In this document: positions 10,830 through 21,180 of the stretch, one piece after another | How the letters are laid out: every line of letters starts with the position of its first letter | How positions within the stretch are numbered: position 1 is the first letter of the stretch | Assembly (NCBI GenBank): GCA_963768425.1 | Contig: CAVYHV010000017.1 | Location: 192,001-256,000 of the forward strand | DNA length: 64,000 nt | Reading direction: 5' to 3' | Origin: Candidatus Bathyarchaeota archaeon | GTDB lineage: Archaea; Thermoproteota; Bathyarchaeia; Bathyarchaeales; Bathycorpusculaceae | Position numbers and translations under genes: made by a program | The notes under the pieces: model-generated | What the model was told of the DNA's origin: nothing | Database searches by the model: none | The model's input: the letters and a program-made list of their open reading frames with translations, nothing else

Positions 10830-11821
10830 CTGCGCCTCCTATTCAGGTACCTTAGAGTAGTTGCCGTTGCGCCGACAAACCAAGCCGCCGCCCGCACGTA
10901 GTAAAGCACAACCAGACGAAAAGCGGAGCTGTCATGGAATTTCGCCGCGGTATTGGCGGCGCTGTAGACGAAGTAGAGAAGCATGAAAGCCAAAATCAAG
11001 CCTGAGCCGACCCAAAATAGCCTGACTGCGGGGATGATTCCGACAAAGAAAAAGATGATGGCTGCCAAAAGCAGAATCGGTTGGATGTTCATTCCAAGAT
11101 CGGTGATTTCGTCGCCCCGCGCCAAGCCGCCGTGTTTGAAGTAAAGCTTAAGCGTGTTTTTGCCGTATTCCCGCTGCTGCCGATAATAAGCCTTCAACGT
11201 CGGCCTGTTGTAATGGTAGCAGACGGCTGTGGGCTCGTAGGCGATCTTGTAGCCTTTGGCGCTAACGCGGAACCCCAAATCCGTGTCGTACTGGCTCGGC
11301 AGATTCTCGTCCCATCCGCCCGCCTCCTCGATGACTGCTTTTTTGAGGAGCAGGTTCATTGTTGCGATGCGTCCCGTGTACTTGCCGATGCGGCTGTAGC
11401 GGCTTTTGATTTCGTAGCCGATGCTTCTTGCCCACGGGTTCTCGGGGTTCCATGTTTCGATGCTTCCGCTGACCCCTACTACCTGCGGCTCGTTCAAGCG
11501 TGGAACCAGTTTTCGAAGCCATCGCGGCTCGACTTTTGCGTCGGAGTCGATGAAGCCCAAAATTTCATGCGACGTGACGTTTTTCATCGCATAGTTGTAG
11601 GCTGCGGGGCAATTCAATCGAATAGAGATGACTTTGACTGGAAACTGCTGTGCCTTCTTAACAGTGGCGTCTTTTGATTCGCCGTCCATAACTATGAGTT
11701 CCACGTAGCCCTCGGGGTAATCAAGCGCCAAAATCGATCGGAGACATTCCTCTATGGTCTGCTCGTTGTTGTAGGAGGCAACAATGATTGAAACCTTGGG
11801 CAAAGTTGCATCGTCGGCCAC
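10826..11821 (-). CDS. GT2 family glycosyltransferase with C-terminal TM helices
   Basis: VSIIVASYN, MDGESKD, FIDSD, GGWDE; hydrophobic C-terminus. Confidence 0.9.
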   Translation of the reverse strand: MADDATLPKVSIIVASYNNEQTIEECLRSILALDYPEGYVELIVMDGESKDATVKKAQQFPVKVISIRLNCPAAYNYAMKNVTSHEILGFIDSDAKVEPRWLRKLVPRLNEPQVVGVSGSIETWNPENPWARSIGYEIKSRYSRIGKYTGRIATMNLLLKKAVIEEAGGWDENLPSQYDTDLGFRVSAKGYKIAYEPTAVCYHYNRPTLKAYYRQQREYGKNTLKLYFKHGGLARGDEITDLGMNIQPILLLAAIIFFFVGIIPAVRLFWVGSGLILAFMLLYFVYSAANTAAKFHDSSAFRLVVLYYVRAAAWFVGATATTLRYLNRRRR

Positions 11822-11823
11822 GG

Positions 11824-12540
11824 CTACCTCTCCACGCTTGCCAATATAATCCAGAACAGAATTTTGGAGCCATCAAGCAGCGGATCAACCCCTGACCTGC
11901 CATAGGTGCGCTGCTCAAAACTGATTGGGACCTCAGCAATGCGGAATTTGCGTCGGGCGGTTTTCACGAGCATTTCAGATTCTATCTCGTACTCGCCTGA
12001 GTAGAGTTTTTGGCTTTGCAGAACCTCCCGCTTCATGGCTCGGTAGCCTGACTGGCTGTCAGTGATGGCGACGCCGGTGAACAGCTCGATAAAGTAGTTG
12101 AACATGCGTACGCCGAAAGCGTTTAGTCTACGGGTGGCGACGCGCTTATGATTCATGTATCGGCTGCCGATGACGAGGTCTGCTTCGTCGCAGAGGATCG
12201 GTGCTAAAACTTCCGATAGTTCTTCGGGCATGTGGCTGCCGTCGGAGTCAATGGTGACGATGACGTCGCCTTGCGCCTTGGCGAAGCCAGCCCGCAACGC
12301 ATAGCCTTTGCCAAGATGCTGATTAAGCGAGTAAAGTTTGACGCCGCGTTTTTCCGCCACGAGAAGCGATTTATCGTAGGAGTGGTCGTCTACAACGATG
12401 ATTTCCGTCGGCAAACCTGTCCGTTCTACGGCTGCCTTCACGCGGTCAATGATGTTGCCTACTGTTAATTCCTCATTGTACATGGGAATTATGATGGAAA
12501 GCAGCATTTCCCCCCGGCTCATCTGATTCTTAGATGCCAA
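11824..12540 (-). CDS. GT2 glycosyltransferase, DPM1-like
   Basis: IIIPMYNEE, VDDHSYD, GKG, DSDGSH, DSQSGYRA. Confidence 0.9.
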   Translation of the reverse strand: MASKNQMSRGEMLLSIIIPMYNEELTVGNIIDRVKAAVERTGLPTEIIVVDDHSYDKSLLVAEKRGVKLYSLNQHLGKGYALRAGFAKAQGDVIVTIDSDGSHMPEELSEVLAPILCDEADLVIGSRYMNHKRVATRRLNAFGVRMFNYFIELFTGVAITDSQSGYRAMKREVLQSQKLYSGEYEIESEMLVKTARRKFRIAEVPISFEQRTYGRSGVDPLLDGSKILFWIILASVER

Positions 12541-12604
12541 TGGAAGACCTTATAAAGTTTGGGTGCTCCAACCTTGTAAGCAGCCAAACGGAAAGTAACT
12601 CAAA

Positions 12605-13159
12605 ATGGAAACCGCATTGCAAAGCAAAGTTGACGGTGACAGGAAAGTTTGGTTTTCCATGTGGTTTTTGTCGGCAATCGTGACTTTCGGAGTGGCTTTT
12701 TTCCCGATGTTCTACCGTGTGGTTGAGGGCAGGAACAGGCATTTCAGCCGTGAAGCAGACTTGGAAGAGCAGGTTACTGGTTACCTGAAAAGCAAGGGGC
12801 GGCAGGCTCCTGCTGCAAGTGCGGTTTTCCCTGAAAGAAATGAGAAGGCTTGGGCTGCCAGTATCATACTGATTATCCCAGCTTTCATCATCACTTACCT
12901 GTTGTCAAAGGATTTGGTGGCGCATGAACGGAGCCAAGATGCTTTTTTAGCTTCTGCTTTTCCAGAGCGGGTTTTTATGCCACAGACGATACCGATAAAA
13001 ACTTATGTTTTAATAACGATTGTTACGCTCGGCGTGGGTGGAATTTACTGGCTGTACAAGGTTGTTAACTTGTATAACGCTCACTTTAAGGCTCATGTTC
13101 AGTTTGAAAAGGAAATCGCTCGGTTGATGGAGGAAGGGAAAGTTGCAGGGTCAATGTAG
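12605..13159 (+). CDS. DUF4234-like membrane protein (internal duplication)
   Basis: Two repeats of (L/I)xIVT(F/L)G...Y....N.HF; overlaps the cobD start. Confidence 0.6.
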   Translation: METALQSKVDGDRKVWFSMWFLSAIVTFGVAFFPMFYRVVEGRNRHFSREADLEEQVTGYLKSKGRQAPAASAVFPERNEKAWAASIILIIPAFIITYLLSKDLVAHERSQDAFLASAFPERVFMPQTIPIKTYVLITIVTLGVGGIYWLYKVVNLYNAHFKAHVQFEKEIARLMEEGKVAGSM

Positions 13160-14264
13160 GGAACGCAGATTTGTTAGTCACGGAGGAGACATCTGGGGCT
13201 TTAGCCGAAAATACAAGGTGCCACTAGAGGAAGTGCTGGAGTTCAGCGGGCCAATCAATTTCCTCGGACCCTCACCTAAAGCTGTTGAAGCCGTGAAGCA
13301 ACAGGCGAAACTGATAAAGTTCTATCCTGACCCAAACCCAGTTGAATTCAAAGCGGCAATCGCCAAGTACGTCGGACACGGCGTCGATGAAGAAAACGTC
13401 GTTTTAGGAGACGGCTCAATCGAGCTCATCTACGCCATCACTGAAATTCTGCCCCGAGGATTCAAGGCGCTGATTCCGATTCCATCTTTCAGCGAATACG
13501 AGAAGGCAGCGCTGCGGGTAGGAAGCGACGTCACGTTCCAACAGTTGCCAGACGGATTCGCCATGGACAACGAAAAAATAAAGCAAGCAATCACCCCCGA
13601 AACAAAAATCCTCTCCATCTGCAACCCACACAGCCCCTCAGGAAGACTGTACAGTAAAGAGGAAGTTCTTGAACTGGTTGATTTCTGCCACAGAAAAGAT
13701 GTCATCTTCAGCGTCGACGAAAACTACATTGAATTTGCTGACAAAGGCGATGAAACCACTTTGGCGGGCATGGTGAAAGAATACGAGAACTTGTTTGTGA
13801 TTAGGTCGGTCACGAAGTTTTACGGCATGGCTGGCATACGCTTGGGCTACGGGTTAGCCTCGCCGAACATGGTTGGGAAACTGGAGAACGTCAGGTTGCC
13901 TTGGAGCATCAACAGCCTCGCAAGCTGTGCGACGCTGGCGGCTTTTGGCGACACGGAATTCATCGAGAACACTAAGAGAACTATTGCAAAGGAAAGAGAG
14001 GCACTTGCCAAGAGTCTAGGCGAAATCGAAAGCTTACACGTTTATCCGTCAGTGACAAACTTCTTCCTAGTGAAAATCCAGGATCGAAAAACCACTTCCA
14101 CCAAACTCAAAGAAGCGCTGGCTAAGGAACGCATGCTTATCCGAGACTGCTGCACTTTTGCCGGCATGGACGACAGCTACTTTAGAATCACGGTACGTTC
14201 ATCTAAAGACAACCAAAAACTCGTACAAGCAATAAAACAAGTATTTGAAAGCAGCAAAAACTAG
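13143..14264 (+). CDS. cobD: Threonine-phosphate decarboxylase (PLP aminotransferase class I/II)
   Basis: HGGD, FSGPINFLGP, YPDP, CNPHSPSG, DENY, RSVTKFYGMAGIRLGY, LIRDC..F; cob gene context. Confidence 0.85.
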   Translation: MQGQCRERRFVSHGGDIWGFSRKYKVPLEEVLEFSGPINFLGPSPKAVEAVKQQAKLIKFYPDPNPVEFKAAIAKYVGHGVDEENVVLGDGSIELIYAITEILPRGFKALIPIPSFSEYEKAALRVGSDVTFQQLPDGFAMDNEKIKQAITPETKILSICNPHSPSGRLYSKEEVLELVDFCHRKDVIFSVDENYIEFADKGDETTLAGMVKEYENLFVIRSVTKFYGMAGIRLGYGLASPNMVGKLENVRLPWSINSLASCATLAAFGDTEFIENTKRTIAKEREALAKSLGEIESLHVYPSVTNFFLVKIQDRKTTSTKLKEALAKERMLIRDCCTFAGMDDSYFRITVRSSKDNQKLVQAIKQVFESSKN

Positions 14265-14574
14265 GTTGAGCAAGCGGTCACAAATTCAATTCCATAAACT
14301 TGTTTTGGTTTATGAGACAACTGTACCTTGATTTGCAGTTAAGGTTTTTTCAAAAATTGTCCTGCTTTGCCTTCAAAGCTGATGAAATATCGTCTACGAC
14401 GCTATTCAAGAATTATGAACACACCCCCGCCACAAGAAGACCCAGGAACATGCTAAAATCCATCAAAGGCAAAAATCGAAGGTCACTGAATCGGTTTCCA
14501 AAAAACACTTATTAGGTCACTGATGTTTATCCATCAGCCAATTAATCCCGAATATACAATGGTGTTGATTTGGT

Positions 14575-15306
14575 ATGAAGGTTATCGTTCATTGGAGCGG
14601 CGGGAAAGATTGCTGCACGGCTCTTCACAAGGTTGTAGAACAGGGACATGAAGTAGCTTGCCTAGTCACCTACATTTACATGGAACCCTACGTTTTCCAC
14701 AGCTTCAAAGTCATCGAACAACAAGTCAAAGCCCTCGGCATGCCCCATCAATTTGTCAAAATCACTGATAACCGCTACGATGACATCATGGGAACTCTGG
14801 AACGGCTACATAAAGAAGAAGGCGCCAAAGCCATAGTAACAGGCGATATCGACAATGTGCATCATCGCCGCGTTTGGAAGGATGCTTGCAGGAAACTGGG
14901 TGTTGAGCTGATTATGCCTCTTTGGGACCGCCCCTTCAACCTCATTCCGGGGAATCGCCGCCGCAAGCGAATCATGGAAATGGAACAAACAACTGGAGTA
15001 AAAGCGATCCTCAGCTGTGTCGATCAAAGGTATTTCACGGAAGATTGGTTAGGAAGGCAAATTGATAGGAAGTGCATCGAAGACATGCAGCCCTTGGTGG
15101 GTCCAGCAGGCAAAGGAATAGATGTTTCAGGTGAACCGGGAGAATACCATTCCACATCTCTTGATGCGCCATTGTTCAAGCAAAAGGTAGAAATAAACAA
15201 GTTCACTAAGAGAAGCAAAGTCGTCGATTTCGGAGGTTCCCCCTTCCGCGAAGGAAACTTCCTCTACATGGACATCGAAGAAGCCGAACTCAAATCCAAA
15301 GAATAG
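14575..15306 (+). CDS. Dph6/DUF71 family ATP pyrophosphatase (paralog 1)
   Basis: WSGGKD PP-loop, TGDI, MPLW, WLGR, GEPGEYHS..LDAPLF. Confidence 0.88.
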   Translation: MKVIVHWSGGKDCCTALHKVVEQGHEVACLVTYIYMEPYVFHSFKVIEQQVKALGMPHQFVKITDNRYDDIMGTLERLHKEEGAKAIVTGDIDNVHHRRVWKDACRKLGVELIMPLWDRPFNLIPGNRRRKRIMEMEQTTGVKAILSCVDQRYFTEDWLGRQIDRKCIEDMQPLVGPAGKGIDVSGEPGEYHSTSLDAPLFKQKVEINKFTKRSKVVDFGGSPFREGNFLYMDIEEAELKSKE

Positions 15307-15392
15307 CAGAATTTTTTAAAAGCTGCATTTTTTAGCCGTTTTATGGCAATGTTGATTAAGTAAACCTACGCCTAAAATAGCAAAGGCTGGAG

Positions 15393-15695
15393 TTGAAGCG
15401 GATGGTTGAAAAAGAAGTTGTCGGTAACCTCCATGTTATTTGGCTCTGCGGTGGAACAACTGCGGACATAACTCCAGTGCAACCTTTGAAGTTCAACATG
15501 AACGATGCATGTGACAGAATCAAAAAAAGTTGCAAAGTCCGCGTGAAGTCGCCGATGGTTTTAATGTTCGACTATGCGAAGCTGGATGTGAGTCTCTTTG
15601 ACGGGGGGCGGATGCTGATTAAGGGCGTGCATGACAAAGAAACGCCGCTTAAAGCCTATCGTGACATCTTAAAAGCAATAAACCTGATCATTTAG
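15393..15695 (+). CDS. Small protein resembling the C-terminal domain of long ThiF/MoeB proteins
   Basis: LCGG...I.P...VSLFDGGRMLIKGV pattern; GGAG RBS-like upstream. Confidence 0.55.
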   Translation: MKRMVEKEVVGNLHVIWLCGGTTADITPVQPLKFNMNDACDRIKKSCKVRVKSPMVLMFDYAKLDVSLFDGGRMLIKGVHDKETPLKAYRDILKAINLII

Positions 15696-15761
15696 AGACA
15701 GCATTCCAGGAAGCAAGATTTTTTCCTTATCTGAAAATGAAAGAAAAAAATAGTTGCGCAC

Positions 15762-17194
15762 TTAGAAGTGGCTTTTTGATGGTGGCTTGGGCGGCACTCG
15801 GTTGGGTTGAAGTGCTATTCTGAGGTCTATAATCCTGTAAGTAACGGCTGCTTTCATTGCGGCTAAACCGTAGATGACCCCCTTTTTGAACATGGCCCTT
15901 ATGTAGCTTGGTCGTTCGTAGAAGCTCGACCACGCTTTTGCACGGAGCTTGCGGAGTTCCTGGATTGACATCGTTGGTGTTTCGAAGGTTGGTGTGGCGG
16001 TGTCGTAGTGGTCAAAGTTTGTGTCTTTTAGCCAACCCTTCTCTTTAACCAAGTAGTAGAGGGGTGTGCCGGGGTAGGGTGTGGCTATTGTGTAGGAAGC
16101 CATGTAAGTGGGTGCAATCTTCTGGCAGAGCTTTATGGTGGCCCACGCGGATTCTTTGGTTTCGCCTGGGAAGCCGAGGACAACGTTGGGGTCGGGTTTC
16201 ATCCCTGCCTCCACAGTCCACTGGAAGGCTTTGACTGTTTGCTCCAAAGTGATGCCTTTTCGCATTTCGTTGAGAACGTTTTGTGCGCCGGATTCGACAC
16301 CGTACCACATGGATTTGCAACCTGCCTGAGCCATTTTCTGCAGCAGTTCTTTGGTTACCATGTCAACTCGGGTTCCAGCCACCCAGTTAACGTTGAGGTT
16401 TCGCTTGATAATTTCGTCGCATAAATCAGCGGTGAATTTTTGGTCTACTGTGAAGGCTGCGTCGACAAAGGAGAACCATGTTGCGCCAAAGGTTTTCTTG
16501 CATTCTTCAAGTTCGTCGCAAACATTTTGGACGCTGCGCTTGCGGAATTTTTGCCCATGCATTCGGACTTCTATGCAGAAGTCGCACCAATACGAGCATC
16601 CGCGGCTTGCGATGATGTCGAACATTATCTTGCCGTACTTTGACGTGGCTTCTAGAGGCCACAGGTGGCGAGCTGGAAAGGGAAGTTATCAAGGTTCTCT
16701 ATGTAAGCTCTCTTGGGGTTCTTCACGATCTTACCGTCTTTTTGAGTCGTTGTCCCGATCACATCGTGCCAATCTTTGCCCTCTTCTACGCGTTGAGCAA
16801 GTTCGAGCATCGTGTATTCGCCTTCGTTTCTAATGACGGCGTCAAGAGTCGGGAGGTCTTTGAAGGCTTGTTCGTCCTCAAAGGTAACGTGGTGTCCACC
16901 GATAATGGTTATGCAGTTGGGAAGCGCTTCTTTGGTAACCTTGAGGATTTGCAGCGCAGACTTGTACGTTAGGGTGTTGCATGTTACTCCGACAATGTCT
17001 GGTTTGCGTTTGCCGATTTCTTCCCTGAAACTTTCATAATTTAAATTGTAGGTTAAGCAGTCAACAACATCAATAACGAATTTGTTCTGCTCCAAAACAG
17101 CGGCAACATAGCCTAAACCCAGCGGCGGGAAGGGAGGATGCGGAAAAGATTGACCAGGGTACGGCGGGTTCACAAGAGTAATGTGAGTTTTCAT
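15762..17194 (-). CDS. Cobalamin-binding radical SAM protein #1 (frameshift at ~16685)
   Basis: B12-binding N-domain (LVNPP...PLGLGY...GGHH...EGE); adding one C restores DNLPFPARHL; SRGCSYWCDFC; GVESG; GFPGET; TPYPGT. Confidence 0.92.
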
Positions 17195-17349
17195 TTTTCT
17201 CCCCGAAATCGGTAATATTTTAGTTAAATTAAGTCTCGATGTTAATATAGTTGTCTAGTTTCCCAGAAAAGTCCTCATATTTGCCTGCAAAAGCTAAAAA
17301 CGAAGAGTCAACGCTCAACATTAAACTAAAAGCGAAGAGACCGAACTGG

Positions 17350-18717
17350 TTAACGACGGAAAACCATTGACGCGCTCTTCTTAACTGCGCTACTTAAGCC
17401 GTCCTGCTTTACCACACGCATAAACTTGGAAGTGGCTGATTTCTGGCAACTACGCTGAAACTCTCTTTGAATCTTCTCCAGCATATCATGGTCGAATTCT
17501 TTGGTTTTGACTCTCGCCAAATAGTCATACATTTGGTCGTAGAGACCTTTGCTTATCACTTCATCGTACAGTTGGCTGCCGGGGCAAGCTATGTAAATGT
17601 TGAATTGGCACCAATCCGCCTTCAGCTTTTTGGAAAAGTTGAAGGTTTCGTTCATGTCATCCACCGTTTCGCCTGGAATCCCCAGCATGAAAGAAGTGAC
17701 TGTCTGTATACCCGCTTGCCTGCAAAGCTCAAAGGCTTTTACAACATCCTTCAAATCAATGCCTTTGTTGAGTTTCTGCTGGATTCTGGGTGAGCCTGAC
17801 TCGACACCGAAGAACATTGTTTGGCAGCCTGCGGATTTCATTTCGGATAGTAGTTCTTTGTTAATAAGGTCGGCTCGAGTTTCGCAGGTCCATTTCAAAT
17901 CGACTTTGTTGCTTTTGATTAGGCGGCACAGTTCGCTTGTACGTCTTTTGTTTATGGTGAAGTTGTCGCCGACGAAGTAAATGCCTTTTGTGCCGTAGAT
18001 TTCGGTCATGTGCTTTATCTCGTCTATGACGCGTTGAGGCGAGAAAGCTCGGCACGCTGAACCCCAAAGCTCTCTGGTTTCGCAGTATGCGCATCTGTAG
18101 GGGCAACCCCTGTGCACACTCATCGTGTCAACGGGTTTCACAGTTAGGTAGCTGAGTTCACGGTGGTACATGCGCATCGGCAGCAAATGGCGGGCGGGAA
18201 AGGGAACTTCATCGAGGTTGTTGATAAATTGGGGCGGGGTTTTGATAGTTTCGCCGTTGATTTTGCATGAAACCCCGGGAATCTGCGCTGCCGCTTGGGA
18301 GGTTTCGCCTTTTGCGAGACAGGAAGCCAGAGAAGCCATTGCCCGTTCGCCTTCGCCGACGACTACATAGTCTATCTCGGGGTGCTCAAGCAAGGTTTGA
18401 GGCATGTAGGAGGCATGTGGGCCGCCGACTACGACCTGTGAGTATGGGGAGACTTCTTTGACTGCTTTTGCCAGCTCGATACAGCGTCCGTATGAGAGGG
18501 AGTTGCAGGTTATGCCGACAATTTGCGGCGACCTCTTCTTTATTTCTGATTTGACTTCTTCGATGGGTCTTTCAAGCAGGTAATTGTCGTAGATTTCAAC
18601 TTGGAAGCCGTCTTTCTCCAATACCGCAGCCACGTAAGCCAAGCCTAAAGGCGGAAGTCTGCCCGCCATGCCCCAAGGCGACTTTTCAGGCGCAGCCGCA
18701 GTCATAAGCAAAATCAA
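17350..18717 (-). CDS. Cobalamin-binding radical SAM protein #2
   Basis: PPLGLAY, GGPH, GEGE, PFPARHL, RGCPYRCAYC, GVESGS. Confidence 0.93.
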   Translation of the reverse strand: MILLMTAAAPEKSPWGMAGRLPPLGLAYVAAVLEKDGFQVEIYDNYLLERPIEEVKSEIKKRSPQIVGITCNSLSYGRCIELAKAVKEVSPYSQVVVGGPHASYMPQTLLEHPEIDYVVVGEGERAMASLASCLAKGETSQAAAQIPGVSCKINGETIKTPPQFINNLDEVPFPARHLLPMRMYHRELSYLTVKPVDTMSVHRGCPYRCAYCETRELWGSACRAFSPQRVIDEIKHMTEIYGTKGIYFVGDNFTINKRRTSELCRLIKSNKVDLKWTCETRADLINKELLSEMKSAGCQTMFFGVESGSPRIQQKLNKGIDLKDVVKAFELCRQAGIQTVTSFMLGIPGETVDDMNETFNFSKKLKADWCQFNIYIACPGSQLYDEVISKGLYDQMYDYLARVKTKEFDHDMLEKIQREFQRSCQKSATSKFMRVVKQDGLSSAVKKSASMVFRR

Positions 18718-18742
18718 ATGAGTTTTTTCTCCCGTAAGTTTC

Positions 18743-20155
18743 CTAATTGAGGATGCTGTTTGCTCTTGCCCGAACTGCTCGTCTTGCGTGGGCGAGTATC
18801 AGTCGGGTTGCACCTAGTCCCCACATTTTTCCTTGTTTGAACATGCTCAAAGCGCTGACAAAGTATGCTGGGCTAAGGTAGAAGCTTTGGAACGCTTGTT
18901 CCCGGATTTGTGAGAGTTCCTGCATGGTGAAATTGGGAATCTCAAAGGTCGGCGTTGCAGTGTCGTATTTGTCAAAGTCAGTCACCTTCAGCCTCCCACT
19001 AGCTTTCACCTCTTCATATAGCGGTGTCCCAGGGTAAGGCGTCGCAATATAGAAGCCGACGTCGTTGGGATTCAACTCCTTCACGAAGCGAATTGTTTCC
19101 CAAACGGTTTCTTTGGTTTCGCCGGGGAAACCCAAAATGACGCCTGCAACCGTCATCAAGCCAGCTTCTTTCGCCCATTTGAAAGCCCGTCTTGTCTGCG
19201 TTATCGAGAAGCCCTTTCCCATGCTAGTAAGAAGCGTCTTTGAACCTGACTCTACACCGAACCAAACAGCGATGCAGCCAGCTTCCCGCATCTTAACAAA
19301 TAATTCTTTGGAAACCATATCCACCCGGGTTTCACAGTCCCACTTGATTTTGAGTCCTCTGCTCATGATTTCGTCGCATATCTCCATCGTCCGTTCTTGG
19401 TTAACTGTGAAGGCGTCATCGTAAAACGTAAATTGTGTCGCATAGTAATTTTTGTGCAGAAACTCTAATTCGTCAACCACGTTTTTTGTGCTTCGCATGC
19501 GGTATTTTCTGCCGAACATCCGTACGGTTGTGCAGAAGTTGCACCAGTAAACGCAGCCGCGGCTAGTCATAACTGGGTAAGGTATGGTTCCGTATTTGCG
19601 CAAGTTCGCTGTGTGCTGCCAAAGATGCAGCGCGGGAAATGGTAAGCTGTCAAGGTTCTCCAAAGGTGGTCTGTCGGCGTTCCTTTGTACCCCCGATCCA
19701 TCTCTACAGGTAGTGCCGATGAGATCGTGGTACGATTCGCCGTTTTCGAGTCGTTGCGCGAGTTCAAGAATGGTGGTCTCCCCTTCGCCTCTGACTATAA
19801 TGTCGATTTCGGGGCATTCTCGAAGGGCGTTTTCGTCCCAAAAGGTGACGTGGGGTCCTCCAACGGCAGTTAGGCAGTTTGGCCAAACCTGCTTAGCTAT
19901 CTTCACTATACATAGCGCTGACTTGTAAGTGAGAGTGGTACAGGTGACTCCAACCATGTCAGGTTGAACCTTGCGGATTTCCTCTTTGAATTGGCTGTGA
20001 GTAAGTTTTTGCGCTTGGCAATCAATCACGTTAACATTAAAGTGGTTCTTGTACAACACGGCGCCCAAGTACCCGAGTCCAAGCGGCATGAAAGGCGGAT
20101 GTTGATGGGAACCAGCAGGGTACGGTGGATTGACAAGAGTTATGCGAGTTTTCAT
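18743..20155 (-). CDS. Cobalamin-binding radical SAM protein #3
   Basis: Start ATG at 20155 after GGGGAG; LVNPP, PLGLGY, GGPH, SRGCVYWCNFC, GVESGS, TPYPGT. Confidence 0.93.
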   Translation of the reverse strand: MKTRITLVNPPYPAGSHQHPPFMPLGLGYLGAVLYKNHFNVNVIDCQAQKLTHSQFKEEIRKVQPDMVGVTCTTLTYKSALCIVKIAKQVWPNCLTAVGGPHVTFWDENALRECPEIDIIVRGEGETTILELAQRLENGESYHDLIGTTCRDGSGVQRNADRPPLENLDSLPFPALHLWQHTANLRKYGTIPYPVMTSRGCVYWCNFCTTVRMFGRKYRMRSTKNVVDELEFLHKNYYATQFTFYDDAFTVNQERTMEICDEIMSRGLKIKWDCETRVDMVSKELFVKMREAGCIAVWFGVESGSKTLLTSMGKGFSITQTRRAFKWAKEAGLMTVAGVILGFPGETKETVWETIRFVKELNPNDVGFYIATPYPGTPLYEEVKASGRLKVTDFDKYDTATPTFEIPNFTMQELSQIREQAFQSFYLSPAYFVSALSMFKQGKMWGLGATRLILAHARRAVRARANSILN

Positions 20156-20283
20156 GTTCTCCCCTAAAGCAATAGAGTTTATGCCTTGTGCTTCATTTAC
20201 TTTATGCAATACCACATATTTTCCGGCCAGACATCCAAAACATCAGAGAAAATGCAGTGCGGGCGTCAAAAGCGACGGGATTT

Positions 20284-20991
20284 TTACTTGGGCGTTTCTT
20301 TGGGTTTTAGGTGGCATTCTTTTATGTCCATGTAGAGCCAGTTTCGTTTCCAATTTTTGGATTTTTCCTTCTTTTTCTTAGTTTTGAATTTGTCTATGCT
20401 CAAAGAATCTTTAAACAGAGGCGCTTCGACCACGGTGCTGTGGTAGCCTTGTCCGTCTTCGCTGGCTACGTCGATGCCTTTTTCGTCGGCTAAGGATTTG
20501 AGTTCCTTGACGGATTCTGGGTCAAGTTTTCTTCCCAGCCATTCTTCGCCGAAAAAGTTGGTGTTGATACAGTTTAAGACCGGTCTTAGGCCTGTGACCA
20601 CAGCATCTTTAAGCACTTCGTATGTGTCGCCCTCGTTAGGCATCAAGAAGGCTAACCCCAACTGTTTGGCCATACTCTCATAGTAGCTTGAGTGTACAAT
20701 GGCGCAGCCTGCACCAGCTATGTCTCCTGTAACGATGCCTTCGATGCCCGCCTCGTCCTTCAGTTTGCTTAGGGCGCCAAGGATGTCTTCGTACGGCTTT
20801 TTGATTCTGACAACTTTAAGGGGTGTGCCCAGTGTTTGGGATTGGAGCTGCATCATCTGGAAACTGTGGAATACGTAGGGACGCTGGTATTCGAAGCTGA
20901 GCAGACAAGCGACTTGGTGCCCCTGCGCTATGACTTTGTGGTAGGCTAAGCAGCATTCTTTACCTCCGCTCCAGTGGACGACAACTTTCAT
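20284..20991 (-). CDS. Dph6/DUF71 family ATP pyrophosphatase (paralog 2, divergent)
   Basis: WSGGKEC, TGDI, WLGR, SEDGQGYHS..VEAPLF. Confidence 0.85.
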   Translation of the reverse strand: MKVVVHWSGGKECCLAYHKVIAQGHQVACLLSFEYQRPYVFHSFQMMQLQSQTLGTPLKVVRIKKPYEDILGALSKLKDEAGIEGIVTGDIAGAGCAIVHSSYYESMAKQLGLAFLMPNEGDTYEVLKDAVVTGLRPVLNCINTNFFGEEWLGRKLDPESVKELKSLADEKGIDVASEDGQGYHSTVVEAPLFKDSLSIDKFKTKKKKEKSKNWKRNWLYMDIKECHLKPKETPK

Positions 20992-21180
20992 ACTTTACCC
21001 CTCTCCAGTCTGGAAAAGGCACTTGAAAGGGCTATAAACCTTTTCGTAAACATAATCTGCGGCTTCCACCACAGGCGAAAACAGCAAAAACAAACAATAA
21101 CATCGGCCCAAGCATTGGTTCAGTTAAAGCTATTAACTCGCGAATAATCAAAGATAGCAAAAGTTCACGGGAGACGCAAC

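Noticed and set aside
10257-11677. Long plus-strand ORFs of 214 aa and 198 aa
   Set aside because: Antisense shadows of well-supported glycosyltransferases in a GC-richer stretch; no motifs.
14379-14415. CTGATGA followed by a small stem-loop (hammerhead ribozyme or C/D-box sRNA?)
   Set aside because: No GAAA after the stem, and the nearest CTGA box D is about 100 nt away; the consensus is incomplete.
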